DNA of 64,000 nt from Squalus acanthias (Eukaryota), in assembly GCA_030390025.1 (NCBI GenBank), contig CM059432.1, positions 70,682,001-70,746,000 of the forward strand, written 5' to 3'. The position numbers and the translations under genes were made by a program. The first letter of the stretch is position 1. Each line of letters begins with the position of its first letter. Positions 26,151-37,422 of this stretch are shown in pieces. The notes under the pieces were generated by a model that worked only from the letters and a program-made list of their open reading frames with translations, had not been told where the DNA came from and searched no databases.

Positions 26151-29100
26151 CTTCCACTTAAGTCCAAAACTAGGGGCCATAAATACAAGAAAGTTATTAA
26201 TAAATCCAATAAGGAATTCAGGAAAAACTTCTTTACTCAGTGGTGAGAATGTAGAACTCACTGACACACACAGGAATGGTTGAGGTGAATGGAAGGATAT
26301 GTTGATGGGGTTAGATGAAGCAAGTTGGGAGGAGACTTGTTTGGAGCATAAACACCAGCATAGACCTGTTGGGCCAAATGGCCTGTTTCTGCACTAAATT
26401 TTATATAAATATATGCATTTTAGCAATTTTATTCCCTCTTTCATTTTATGCAAAGGTTGCAATTTACAAACAAAGCAAATTCAGTACAAATAATCCTTCA
26501 ATGTATTTTATTCAGGCATTTAGGGGTTTGAGCAAGGAAATACAAAAGTAAACAAGCACATTTGTAACTATAAATAGTAATTATGGACCATTAAAAAAAA
26601 TATAGGCAAAGGACACTTTCTGGATGAAAAAAATGCAAATGATGGAAAACTAAGACAAAACAAAAAAGCCAATGTGGGCAAAAGTTTATTTTCAGTAGAA
26701 GAAACAGATTTAATTCTGAACAATTAAAACAATTCAGAAAATTTGCTTTGTGAAATATATCTTCAGAACTGCTGTGGAGTACTCAAGGGAAGAGGAGAGG
26801 GTATATTACAGAATTGTTTAAAAAGTCAAAAGCAAATTTTGTAAATTGACAACCACTTTCAAAATGAAACAGGACAAGTCAGGATGCAAACACACCAATT
26901 ACAGCTCAGAAGTAGTCAAGAGCAGTTTCTAGCAATCACGATTACTAATATATAATAAAAAGGTGTTACTCACCTGAGAAAATGTAAACTTATGGACAGC
27001 TTGTCCAATGCCTCTTTCATTATTCTTCATAGTGGTTGAATGCTTAGGTGCTGCCAACACAACAGTTTCCGAATCTTCTATTATTACACAGTCCTGAAGC
27101 ACACATGAAGATTGCAAAATCAATAAGGTTCGTGCCAAGCTCACAAAACAGCATCAGTACTAGAGATGACAGATATGATCTCAGTGCAACAAATAGGAGT
27201 ACAACTAGCTTGCATCCAATGGGCTGGAAATATCCAAGAGAGTAGACCCGATTAATATAATTCTAATATAGCAATCAATCTCTATCAATGAGTCTACAAC
27301 AGACCCAGACATGAGGCATGGAAAACCCCCAGTGGTGGAGAGCTTTGGGAACCATAAGTCCAAAGTTATCTGTTCCTCCAGAGCATACTACACTTACCAC
27401 ACGTCATGTCTCAAATTACTCAGATATTAGATCCCAAAATATTACTTTCTGAAAGAAATCTATCTAATTTACATTTGAATGAATCAATACTAACTGCTTC
27501 CCCCGTCATCCTAGGGAAGCCTGTTCCATAGATTGACCACGCTGAAATATTAGCCCTAATATTTGCGGGTAGGGTGTGGGAGAGCCTGGTAGTGCAGGAG
27601 AAACCTGGCAAGGCCGGGCAAGCAGAGGTGTGGCCCAATTTCACAGCAGCACCTCTATCATTTTTTTTCTTCCATTTCCTGCCCAGCAACTGGCAAATTG
27701 ACAGGCTGGGGACGGTCCCCACCAATCAGGAGGGAGCGAGCGATTGGGGCGTGAGTGAGCCTCAGATCGGGAATGGGGGGGTGGGGGGGGGGCGCAGGAG
27801 GGAGGGAGCGAGCGGATTTGCGAATGGAACTGAACACTGCAATCATCAGCGAATATCCTCACTTCTGACCTTATGATGGATTGAAATTCATTGAAGTAGC
27901 CGATGATGGTTGGGGCTAGGACACTGCCCTGAGGAACTCCTGCAGCGATGTCCTGGAGCTGAGATGATTGACCTCCAACAACCACAACCATCTTTCTTTG
28001 TGCAAGGTATGACTTCAGCCAGTGGAGAGTTTTCCCCCCGATCCCCATTGACTTCAATTTTACTAGGGCTCCTTGGTGCCACACTTGGTCAAATGTTGCC
28101 ATAAATTCAAGTCACACTCAACTCACCTCTGGAATTCAGCTCCTTTATCCATGTTTGGACCAAGGCTGTAATGCGGTCTGGAGCCAAGTGGTCTGGGCGG
28201 AGCCCAAACTGAGCATCAGTGATCAGGTTATTGCTGAGTGATCAGGTTATTGCGGTGTACCGCATTATAGCACTTTTGACAACACCGTCTCTCACTTTGC
28301 TGATGATGGAGAGTAGGCTGATGGGGCGTTAATTGTAGCCCGTGTAACTTGAGTTTTCCGGGTATCCATTCGCGTGTGCATTTTGGCTGCCACTCTGGAC
28401 CCGAGCTGATCACCTATTTCCACTTTTTTTCCTCCCCCTTCTGCTTTTCTCTCTACCCCTTCTTGACCGCTCTCTCCAGTCATTATGCCTCCTTTCATTT
28501 CTCCTGTCTCAGGTACTCTGCCCTACCAAATCCCTATCCTAACTGTTCATTACTCTTCGACCTTCCTACTCTCCTGCCGCTGTCACAGGCTTGACTTCCT
28601 CTTATATAAGCCTACAGCTTCCCTCTGTGCCTCCCTTGGCATTCTCCAAAGAGCCCATCAAGGCACTCGTCGCTGCCTCCTCACGAGCAGCAACCCCAAC
28701 TGTCCCATCCTACTCTCTCCCAAACCACCCAACTTCCTGTTCTGGCTCCCATGTTAGCTCATGTTGTTAACAGTTCTCTCTCCTCAGGTACAGCGCCCGT
28801 TCCTTCAAATCTGCTGTCATCATCCTCTCTTCAAAAAAAGCCCTTGACCCCTCCGTCCTTGCAAACTACTGCCCCATCTGTTGTTTTTAAACAGTCTTCT
28901 GTTGTTCAGTTGAGTAGTAAAGAATTCAGTCTTATGGCTACAATCACTTTATTTTTCCTACTTGAACATAAAAAACAATCTAAAAGCAGAGTATAACTTC
29001 TTCAGAGTATAGCGCAGTTTACAAGCAGGGTTTCGTCTGCGGTTCCGAGTATAGGCATGCACTCTAAAAGGTTTCTCTCTTCTCAACATAACAAAAGCTT

Positions 29101-32100
29101 CTTTCTTTATACACTATTTTCTTTCTCAAACTGGAAGTGGCCTGGCTTTATTTGGTAGTCTCCATTCAAATGCACCGTCCTTCAGCCGATTATTACGCAC
29201 AGAAGTTTACATTTCTCATACAGTCGTTTACGTTCAACGTACTGCCCTTCAACCGATTTGTACTTCAACATCCCCTTGCAGAGGTTGCAATGGTATGTGG
29301 TGAGAGGTTTACAGTATGGTAATACTATAAATATCCCAAGGCCTTACTTCAATCTTGAACACTGGCTGTTGCTAAATGAAATCTGTATCTCTCTCTCTAA
29401 TGCTGCCAACCACCTTTTTTACCCTATATTGAATAAACTAAACATGAACATCTTTCAGAAGCTGAATTAACGGAGTTCCATATGCCAACACCATCTCCAA
29501 CCTCCCCTTCCTCTCCAAAGTCCTTGAACGTGTTGTCGCCTCCAAAATCCGTGCCCATCTTTCCCAGAACTCCATGTTGAATCCCTCCAATCAGTTTTCC
29601 GCCCCTGCCACAGTGCCAAAACGGCTCTTATCAAAGTCACAAATTACATCTTATTTGACTGTGACAAAGGTAAACTATCCTTCCTCGTCTTTCTTGACTG
29701 GTCTGCAGCATTTGACACAGTTGACCACTCCATCCTACTCCAACACCTCTCCACCGTCGTCCAGCTGGGTGGGACTGCACTCGCCTAGTTCCATTCTTAT
29801 CTATCTAATCGTAGCCAGAGAATTACCTGCAACGGCTTCTCTTCCCGCTCCCGCATTGTTAGCTCTGGTGTCCAAGGATCTTGCCTTGGCCCCCTCCTAT
29901 TTCTCATCTAACATGCTGCCCCTCAGCGACATCATCCGAAAACACAGCGTCAGTTTCCACATGTACGGTGACGACACCCAGCTCTACCTCACCACTACCT
30001 CCACGGTCTCTAAATTGTCAAATTACTTGTCAGACATCCAAAACTGGATGAGCAGAAATTTCCTCCAATTAAATATTGGGAAGACCAAAGCCATTGTCTT
30101 TGGTCCCCGCTACAAACCCCATTCCCTAGCCACCAACGCCATCCCTCTCCCTAGCATCAGTCTGAGGTTGAACCAGACTGTTCGCAACCTCGGTATCATA
30201 TTTGACCCTGAAATGAGCTTCCAACCACATATCAGCGCCATAACCAAGCCCGCCTATTTCCACCCCCGTAACATCGCCCATCTCCACCCCTGTATCAGCT
30301 CATCTTCTGCTGAAACCCTCATATGTTTTTGTTACCTCAAGACTTGACTATTCCTGGCTGGCCTCCTACATTCTACCCTACGTAAACTTGATGTTATCCA
30401 AAACTCTGCTGCCCGTATCCTAACTCCCACCAAGTCCCATTCACCCAGCACCTCTGTGCTGGCTGACCTACAGTGGCTGCCAGTTAAGCAATGCCTCGAT
30501 TTTAAAATTCTCATCCATGTTTTCAAATCCCTCCATTGGAGCAGGGGTAGGCCATACGGCCCTGGTCCACCATTCAAGATCATGGCTGATCTTCGACCTC
30601 AGCTCTACTTCCCCACCCAATCCTTATATCCCATAGTGTCCAAAAATCTATCGATCTCAGCCTTAAATATATTCAACAACTGAGCATCCACAGCCCTCTG
30701 GGGTAGAGAATTCCAAAGATTCACCACCCTCTGAGTGAAGAAATTCCTCCTCCTCAGTCCTAAATAGCCGACCCCTTATCTTGAGACTATACCCCTAGTT
30801 CTAGACTCTCCAGCCGGGGAAAACAGATTCTCAGCATCTCTGTCAAGCCCTCTCAGAATCTTATACGTTTCAAGGAGATCACCTCATTCTTCTAAACTCC
30901 AGAGAGTATAGGCCCATTCTACTCAATCTCTCCTCATAGGACAAACCCTTCATCCCAGGAATCAATCTAGTGAACCTTTGTTGCACTGCCTCTAAAAGGC
31001 AAGTATATCCTTCCTTCGGTTCGGAGCCCAAAACTGTGCACAGTACTCCAGGTGTGGTCTCACCAAAGCCCTGTACAATTGCAGCAAGACTTCCTTACTA
31101 TTGTACTCCAAACCCCCTTGCAATAAAGGCCAACATACTATTTGCCTTCCCAGTTGCTTGCTGCACCTGTATATTAACTTTGTGTTTCGTGTACAAGGAC
31201 ACTCAACACCAACATTTAATAGTTTCTCACCAGTTTAAAAAAAAACTGTTTCTCTATTCTTCCTACCAAGTGAATAACCTCCCATTATACTCCAGCCAAT
31301 TAGGGGTAAATATTAGTCGCAGACTCTTGCGTGGGAAGCACGTGCCCAAACTAAAATTACACACACTCACACGCACCTTTCTTAACCCTAGAGACTTGAC
31401 TATTCCAACACACTCCTGGCTGGCCTCCCACGTTCTACCCTCCACAAACTTGGTCATCCAAAACTCTGCTGCCTGTGTCCTAACTTGCACCAAGTCCCGT
31501 TCACCCATCACCCCTGTGCTCGCTGGCCTACATTGGCGCCCTAAGTGCTAGAATTCCCTCCCTAAACTTCTCCACCTCTCTTCCCCCTTTAAGACGCGCC
31601 ATAGAACCTACCTCTTCTGCCCCAATATCTCCATATGTGGCTTGGTGTCAAATTTTGTTTGAGAATGCCCCTGTGAACACCTTGGGACTTTTTACTACAT
31701 TAAAAGGCACTATATAAATGCAAGTTGTTGTTGATATATAAATAATGCCTAGCAATTTGTTGAACCAGCTTGTACTAGAAGAGTGGTTCTGTAATCTCAG
31801 CAGAGAGCTAATGCTTGCAGGGGTTATGGGTCAGAGAAGCAGGGCTACAATGTTGTTGCTCTATATCCAACCCACACTCCCTGTAAATGTGGCTTCAATG
31901 TGGAGTGCAGAATCACCCTTTATTTCCTTACAGAGGCCCTTCCTGTAAACTTATTCTACAATTTTATTCGTCCTTCTGGGAAAAAGACCCATCTGGCTTC
32001 CCTTCAGTCTTCCCCAATTTAACCTAATCACGACACTTATAGTCAAATATTTAGGGTTATTACTCATGGATGTGACAAATGTTCTACTCAGTGACCAGAA

Positions 32101-35100
32101 TTGCAAGTTAAATCCTGTATTTAAATTTAGGGGATTGGACAACATTAAAAACAAAAAAACTCAAGTTATTTGAATCTTCATTAAGCAATGCCACTAATTC
32201 ATTCCAATGTATTCATCCCCCCCCCCCCTAGAAAGTTACTGTTGCAATAAAGGCCACCATTTTCATCTTGCTAAGTTTTAATTGATTAAATTGATAACAC
32301 CCTTGCAGCAAACAGACTCAACTTATTCAAGTAAGGAATCCCAAATACAATTATCTGCAACATCGCATTCCAAATTTAAAAAAAAGTGCACCCAGGGTTC
32401 ATCTTCCACATACATTAGGACAAATTTGTATCAATAAAAGGAGATAATTTTCCATGAATCTTCCAAAAACAATGTAGTTTTCCACATGGCATGTCAGCAG
32501 AGGAGGAAATAATCTTATATAGCATCTTTTACAACCTCAAGATGTCCAAGCACTTCATGCAATATGTGGGTAGAACAAATGAAGGACAGAAACACGAGTT
32601 GCTAGTTCATGTGCTTGCTTTACTAGGCCAGAGTGAATTGAGCATGCTCATACTAAAACATGTGACAAAAAGAGTACACTACTTTCCCCTTAAAAAATGT
32701 ATTCCCCTCTCAAATACAACAAAACTATGGTCCCACCTTTCCCAGCATTACATGTACCACAACAAAAATTTCTGGCATTTTTTTTTTCTTTTAAGTGAAC
32801 TACAAATCCAGTTTAATAACAGGTTTGCGGAGTCTTCCTGATCTCTCTACAAGTGGTTTTGGTGTGGAACCAATTTTCGGGCTGTTTTGTTTTGGTTCAA
32901 AACTCAAAAGAAGTAGGTACCACCACTCTGTTTCCCCACTTGATACAACCTTGCTCACAAGAAAATTCAGTACGACGGTTATGGAATGGTTTCAACTCTG
33001 TATCCAGACACGGATCAGTCCATCCATTCAAGGTGTTTTCATACACTATCTTCAGTACGGAGCCCTTTTGAGTCTCATCTGCAATCTCAGTTGCATTCAC
33101 GGGAAAGTCTTTGTCAACTGCACCTAGCGTGAAAATAGCACTTTCACTCCCAACACGAGTCCTCATGTGGCAACCTGGACAAGGCATCTGCGATTGCATT
33201 CTGCTTTGAAGTGCGATATTCAATCGTGTAGTCATAGTGACAACAACACTGCCCAACATTGCATTCTTGATGCGGCCATTGCAGGGATGGCAGATTTGGG
33301 CCCCAATATTGCTAGGGGCGGTTTGTGATCGTTATCATGGCAAATTTTCTGCCGATCAGGAACTGTTGGAATTTCTTGATTCCAAACACTTCCTTTTCAA
33401 TTTGCACCTAGTTTCTTTCGCTCTTTGAGGGTTCGCGATGCAAACACGATTGGTTTCTCTTGGCAGTCATCCATTACGTGGCTTATGACAGCTCCCACAC
33501 CATAGCTAGAAGCATCGCACGCTAACTTAAGCGCATGCTTTGTGTTCTAGTGCACAAGTAGAGCATCGCTAGAGAGACTTCGCTTACAAGCGCCTTAAGC
33601 GTCCTGTTGTGCTTTCATCCACTTCCACTGGACATCCTTCTTGAGGAGCTCATGCAATGGAGCCAACATAGTCTCTAACTCAGGTAAGAAACGTGCGTAG
33701 TACTGGACCATTCCAAGGAATAATCTTAACTCAGACACGTTCTGTGGCTTTGGAGCATTGATGACAGCATCAACCTTTTCTTTAACTGGTTGCAAGTCAT
33801 TTGCATCAACTTTCAGACCAAGGTACTCAATCTCGGGCTGCACAAAAGCACATTTGCTCCTTTTCAATTTGACATTGTGGGAATTCAACCTTTGAAGCAC
33901 TAAACTTAACACTTCTAGATTTTCTTCCTTGCTGCAATCAGCACATCGCCTTGATTGCATAAGCAATTTGGAACTCCTTGCAAAATTTTATCCATCGTAG
34001 CCTGGAAGATTTTGGGGGAGGACTTTACACCATACGGCAGCTTGGTGTATGAGTACAGTCCCTTGTCTGTGTGGATAGTGAGATACTGTTGACTCTCTGT
34101 CAACATTCAGCTGAACATGAGCATTCGACAGGTCAAGCTCAGAGAAAACCTTTGACCCAGAGAGTGCTGCATACAAATCTTGGGATGTAGGCAACGGGAA
34201 CTGCTCATAGTAACTTTGTAGTCACCACACAAGCATACAGTTTTGACTGCTTTGGGCACTACCACAATCGGGGTAGCCCATTCACTTTGGTCAGTTTTTA
34301 TTAGCACTCCATTCTCAGTTTCTCTAGCTCTTCATCCACCTGACATTTAAACGCATAGGGGACCGGCCTTGCCTTGCAATAGACAGGCTTTCCATTGGAC
34401 TTGATGCGGATGTGCACATCATACCCAGTGATGCCCTCAACTGTCTGAGAACATGCTTTTATACATGTGTCAGCTGTGGCTCAGTGGGTAGCACTCTCGC
34501 CTCTTGAGTCAGAAGGTTGTGGTTCAAGTCCCACTCCAGGGACTTGAGCACAAAAAAAAAAAAAATCTAGGCTGACACTCCAGTACAGTGCTGAGGGAGT
34601 GCTGCACTGTTGGATGTGACTTTAAACCGAGGCCCTGTCTGCTCTCTCAGGTGGACGTAAAAGATCCCATGGCACTCTTTCGAAGAAGAGCAGGGGAGTT
34701 ATCCCTGGTGGCCTGGCCAATATTTATCCCTCAATCAACATAACAAAAAATGATTATCTGGTCATTATCACATTGCCGTTTGTGGGAGCTTGCTGTGCGC
34801 AAATTGGCTGCCGCATTTCCCACATTACTCCAAAAGTACTTCATTGGCTGTAAAGCGCTTGGAGACATCCGGTGGTCGTGAAAGGCACTATATAAATGCA
34901 AGTCTTTCTTTTTCTTTCTTTTTTGTTCAGCATTGTGTCGAGTCGCTTCTTTGAAGCATCTACACTGAAGATGTTTTTCCAGTCTAGTTTGAACTTTCTC
35001 AGCTAGTCTTTGCCCATGAGGGTTGGCCTGTTGTAGCCCACTACAATAATAGGCAGCTTTACTGACTGGCCATTGTACTGAACTGTACATTCCATTTGTC

Positions 35101-37422
35101 CACATCTCTAAGATTTCTCCAGAATAGGTTTTTAACTCTACAGTGGTATTTGATTAAACTTACTCTCATATGTGTCCTTACTCATGATAGAACAGTCTGC
35201 CGCCGTGTCAATACACATCAATATATTGCTCGTTGATCAAAAGTTTTGTACGGAAGTCTTTCTCACGACTGCTGGTGTTGCAGTTAGTGGCATAGATACT
35301 GTAGATGCCTAGTTCGACATCAGGTGTGTTTACTTCAATATTGTGAATTCCTCCCTTTTGCATTGCCACTAGAATGGTTCTTACTTCCTGCTTTAGATCT
35401 AGCTCTGCAAGCTGGTGAAATATGGCCTTGCTTCTGACAGTGAAAACACTTTGCATTTCTGTATTGGCAGGACTGTGGTGAGTGATTTCCATTTCAGCGA
35501 TAACAATTCACTGAACTGCTCTCACTGACATGCTTTTGACTTGGTCTTGCAACTTTAGGTTCGGCGGTGGTTTTGTGACAGTATACCTCAGCTGCACTTA
35601 TCACTCGAGTTGGATGGAGCTCCCTAGCATTCTTAGACTCCATCTCCATAGATAGGGCAATTTTGCATGCTATGTCAAACGTTAAGTTAGGAGTGTTCAG
35701 TAACTTGGACTGTGTGCACTCATCCACCAGTCCACACACAAACTTATCCCGCAATGCACGATCCGAAAATGTGCAGAAGTTACAATGCAAGGACAGCTTC
35801 TTAAGAGCGACAATGTACTCACTGATGGTTTCACTTTGTGGTACCAAACTTATAGCGCTCTGCTATTTTTAACGGCTTTAGGTTGAAATGGTCCTCGAGT
35901 TTCTCGACAATGTCTTCAAACAGCACATTCTTCGCATTTCCTGGCGTGAGTAGGTTTGTCAATGTTCCGTAGACATCTGGCTCCATCTCAGTTAGAAAAA
36001 TTGCTTTTTTCCTTTCACGAATTACTTTATTTTGAGCATGAACATTCTCATCTGCACCTTCGGTCTCAATAATGTCATTGGCCCTAAAGAAAAAAAATCT
36101 CCATCCGCTCTATGTAAGAACTGAATGGTTTGCAAGCTCGGTCATATATGCCAAGGCTTCCGATGAATCCCATAGGTGCGGCCACGATTGTCCCAATTCT
36201 GTTGAACAATGACTCAGCAAGCTACCTGTGCACCATAGAATCAACGCCGCTGTTGCTGTGTGTACATATATGCAAAGGTGAGGCACAGACAATTCTGCAT
36301 CAGCATTAACAGTAAAACATCTCAAAAAATCAGTTTAGGTGTCACAAATTCACCTTAAATTTTTTCCACATAAAGGCTGAACATAGTGTCCTTCCATGAT
36401 CCCTAAAAATGGCTTTGGGATCCCATTCTCGTCACCAAAAATGTAATATATGTGGGTAGAACAAATGAAGGACAGAGACACTAGTTAATGTGCTTGCTTT
36501 ACTAGACTAGAGCATGCTCATATTAAACCATGTGACAAACCATTACACTTCACAACCAATTAATTACTTTTGAAGGGAAGTAACCGTTATATAGGTAAAG
36601 ACTGCAGCCAATTTAGCACATAGCAAGGTCCCACAAACAATAATAGTGCCAAGGGATGTTTTACATCCACTGGAGTGTTCTAATCCTGGAGTGAGCCTTG
36701 AATCGAAGACATTCTGGTCAGTGGCAAGAGTACTACCACTGAACTAAGATGATCCTTTAATACTGCATATTCTGTGCTGCAATAAAGCTCTTTTTTTAAT
36801 AAAAAAGTGTTGCCCAGATGCAGCTTCATGGATCTATGCTCAAAATAATTCCAAAATTGCTCATCTTAATAGTACTAAAATGTAGTAACCTCGGCAGCAG
36901 TTAGCTTCAGAATTCTTGATGGAGGATAATTACGCAAAAAAAAGATCAGAAAATTAATGAACAGCCAACCTATCAATCTCGACAGGGAGATGAATTATAT
37001 TGAAAGGTCTTTATTCAAATAATTTAAATTAGATAAAGATAAATCACATTTGACTACACATCCTGAAACAAATAATTTCACATGTTGATTGCATTTTGCT
37101 AACCTTGCATTCGTTATTTGCCAATTCCGCTTTTAAAAATGGCCTCACTCTCAGATACACCTTCAGATGTTGATCCTCAGCAATAGGTAAACTGCCTTTT
37201 ACCTGACTGTGGGCCTGTTCGGGTTAAGCACAACAGTAGGTCAAACACTAACTGGGGGCAGTTCAAGTGAAGCAATATCCTAAACTAAAACAGTGAAGGA
37301 CCAACCTTCAAACATTGTGGAGCGGAGAACTCATCTGATAAATCACACGGCGGCTGCTCTTGAGTTGGTGCTTCTTGTCGTTCAGGGAACATGGAACATG
37401 GATCTTCAGTCAGAGAGAACAT
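395..37422 (-). CDS. Kinesin-6 family motor, KIF20A-like (MKLP2-like); spliced gene with 14 coding exons in the window, 3' end beyond position 1
   Basis: Exons 37422-37306, 37214-37104, 27093-26974, 25896-25758, 23123-22939, 21986-21878, 17054-16851, 15989-15878, 15694-15623, 14411-14265, 13201-13036, 10913-10719, 9325-9186 and 560-395 all have GT-AG boundaries with compatible phases (1983 nt, 661 codons, no stop). Motifs: KVYLRVRP, P-loop GVTNAGKT, switch I NQQSSRSH, switch [22 protein letters not shown], then coiled coil. Confidence 0.93.
620..1450 (+). mobile_element. CR1 LINE 3' fragment
   Basis: LEYCVQFW..., [19 protein letters not shown] motifs and ATTCTATG-like tail. Confidence 0.9.
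2160..4010 (+). mobile_element. Degraded CR1 LINE interrupted by a SINE
   Basis: RT remnants ([23 protein letters not shown]) continuing after the SINE. Confidence 0.75.
2713..3165 (+). mobile_element. tRNA-headed DeuSINE (SacSINE1-like)
   Basis: A-box TGGCTCAGTTGG, Deu-domain AAAGATCCCATGGCACTATT...CCTGGCCAAT, and L2-like tail. Confidence 0.85.
4325..4515. mobile_element. Foldback (hairpin) MITE
   Basis: Outer inverted repeat of about 37 bp (4338-4374 vs 4464-4500) and inner perfect 11-bp pair ATTTTCATTCC/GGAATGAAAAT. Confidence 0.6.
4535..5600 (-). mobile_element. Old L2 fragments
   Basis: ORF 5039-5332 ([11 protein letters not shown]) and degenerate L2 tails. Confidence 0.7.
5711..6265 (-). 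mobile_element. CR1 LINE 3' end with a duplicated tail
   Basis: ORF 5905-6291 ([27 protein letters not shown]); (TTCTTATG)n tail. Confidence 0.9.
6266..7070 (-). mobile_element. Ingi/Vingi-like LINE 3' fragment
   Basis: Remnants [21 protein letters not shown] and a C-terminal zinc knuckle [16 protein letters not shown]. Confidence 0.6.
9186..9325 (-). CDS. KIF20-like coiled-coil exon ([46 protein letters not shown])
   Basis: Resembles the post-motor coiled coil of KIF20A; 140 nt; ends in phase 2. Confidence 0.9.
9880..10425 (-). mobile_element. CR1/L2-group LINE 3' end (third family; also near 19200-20140, 27820-28370, 39865-40295 and 41140-42005)
   Basis: [31 protein letters not shown] and GVPQGSVL motifs repeated across the listed copies; exact clade uncertain. 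Confidence 0.8.
10719..10913 (-). CDS. KIF20-like neck/linker exon (IVQIIHPK...[11 protein letters not shown])
   Basis: ttttcag/gtaatg boundaries; 65 open codons, phase 0-0, acidic stretch. Confidence 0.85.
11645..13005 (-). mobile_element. L2 LINE fragment
   Basis: [22 protein letters not shown] and [12 protein letters not shown] motifs. Confidence 0.9.
13036..13201 (-). CDS. KIF20-like exon ([18 protein letters not shown]...FSAIAKQ)
   Basis: [10 protein letters not shown] motif; end of motor domain; 166 nt. Confidence 0.96.
13765..14045 (+). mobile_element. Penelope-like RT fragment fused to a Penelope 3' tail
   Basis: [19 protein letters not shown] and YIDD remnants; tail matches 43028-43099. 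Confidence 0.7.
14265..14411 (-). CDS. KIF20-like exon ([12 protein letters not shown]...[26 protein letters not shown])
   Basis: Switch II DLAGSER and helix 4; 147 nt. Confidence 0.96.
14507..14930 (+). mobile_element. DeuSINE copy
   Basis: Same family as 2713-3165. Confidence 0.85.
15623..15694 (-). CDS. KIF20-like exon ([24 protein letters not shown])
   Basis: HSIFSIR motif; cag/gtgagt boundaries; 72 nt. Confidence 0.93.
15878..15989 (-). CDS. KIF20-like exon ([20 protein letters not shown]...NQQSSRS)
   Basis: Switch I motif; cag/gtatgt boundaries; 112 nt. Confidence 0.95.
16851..17054 (-). CDS. KIF20-like exon (...[19 protein letters not shown]...[10 protein letters not shown])
   Basis: [13 protein letters not shown] kinesin motif; 204 nt. 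Confidence 0.95.
17159..17950 (-). mobile_element. L2 LINE 3' end
   Basis: ORF 17269-17859 ([21 protein letters not shown]); (GTT)n tail. Confidence 0.92.
17961..18002. repeat. Perfect 42-bp spacerless palindrome
   Basis: TATATGCTTAACCATATAGTATACTATATGGTTAAGCATATA equals its own reverse complement. Confidence 0.95.
21878..21986 (-). CDS. KIF20-like loop-6 insert exon ([11 protein letters not shown]...AFDQL)
   Basis: Polypyrimidine-aag acceptor and gtatct donor; 109 nt restores phase 0 to phase 1 between flanking exons. Confidence 0.8.
22939..23123 (-). CDS. KIF20-like exon ([17 protein letters not shown]...FSTLRE)
   Basis: GILPRSL motif; 185 nt; phases match neighbours. Confidence 0.93.
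23587..24465. mobile_element. Non-autonomous Harbinger-type element (MITE), GC- and CpG-rich
   Basis: TIRs GGGGGAGAAATTCAGT and ACTGAATTTTTCCCCC; 3-bp flanks ATA/ATA; repeated subterminal GCGC motifs. Confidence 0.8.
25758..25896 (-). CDS. KIF20-like P-loop exon ([12 protein letters not shown]...[14 protein letters not shown])
   Basis: Walker A GVTNAGKT; tag/gtatgg boundaries; 139 nt; not in the ORF track. Confidence 0.95.
26110..26147 (+). repeat. (GA)n microsatellite inside a CR1 fragment (about 26000-26400)
   Basis: About 19 GA units read directly. Confidence 0.95.
26974..27093 (-). CDS. KIF20-like exon ([10 protein letters not shown]...VHKFTFSQ)
   Basis: FTFSQ motif; cag/gtgagt boundaries; 120 nt. 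Confidence 0.93.
28879..29490 (+). mobile_element. Solo LTR (612 bp) inserted into an L2 element
   Basis: TGTTG...CAACA termini; perfect 5-bp TSD CCATC (28874-28878 and 29491-29495); L2 sequence is continuous across it; TATAAATA at 29326 and AATAAA at 29432. Confidence 0.85.
30540..31280 (-). mobile_element. CR1 3' fragment nested in L2
   Basis: Same family as 38355-38880; L2 resumes after 31390. Confidence 0.8.
32558..36547 (-). mobile_element. Decayed Gypsy/Ty3 LTR retrotransposon with both LTRs; integrase deleted
   Basis: TG...CA LTRs at 36442-36547 and 32558-32678; 5-bp TSD CTTCA; PBS at 36437-36420 resembling the tRNA-Ser(GCU) 3' end; PPT AAGGGGAAAGTAG; gag ([12 protein letters not shown] knuckle), protease (IDTAAD), RT ([13 protein letters not shown]) and RNase H ([12 protein letters not shown]) remnants with stops and frameshifts. 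Confidence 0.93.
34468..34920 (+). mobile_element. DeuSINE copy nested in the Gypsy pol region
   Basis: Full-length, with A and B boxes (GGTTCAAGTCC). Confidence 0.88.
37104..37214 (-). CDS. KIF20-like exon (AHSQ...[22 protein letters not shown])
   Basis: Kinesin beta1 motif KVYLRVRP; ag/gt boundaries; 111 nt. Confidence 0.92.
37306..37422 (-). CDS. KIF20-like first coding exon (MFSLTEDP...[13 protein letters not shown])
   Basis: Acceptor AG at 37429-37428, ATG at 37422, donor GT at 37305; 39 codons, in phase with the next exon across a 91-nt intron. Confidence 0.75.

Larger units (their letters stand above)
28690..31735 (+). mobile_element. L2 LINE interrupted by a solo LTR and a CR1
   Basis: YGDDTQLY and LQLNIGKT motifs; 3' tail near 31670-31733. 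Confidence 0.85.

Noticed and set aside
29574..30347. 257-aa ORF, the longest in the track
   Set aside because: Frameshifted L2 RT remnant, not a host gene
34468..34540. tRNA-like A and B boxes
   Set aside because: SINE head, not a tRNA gene; no complete cloverleaf and it runs into the Deu domain
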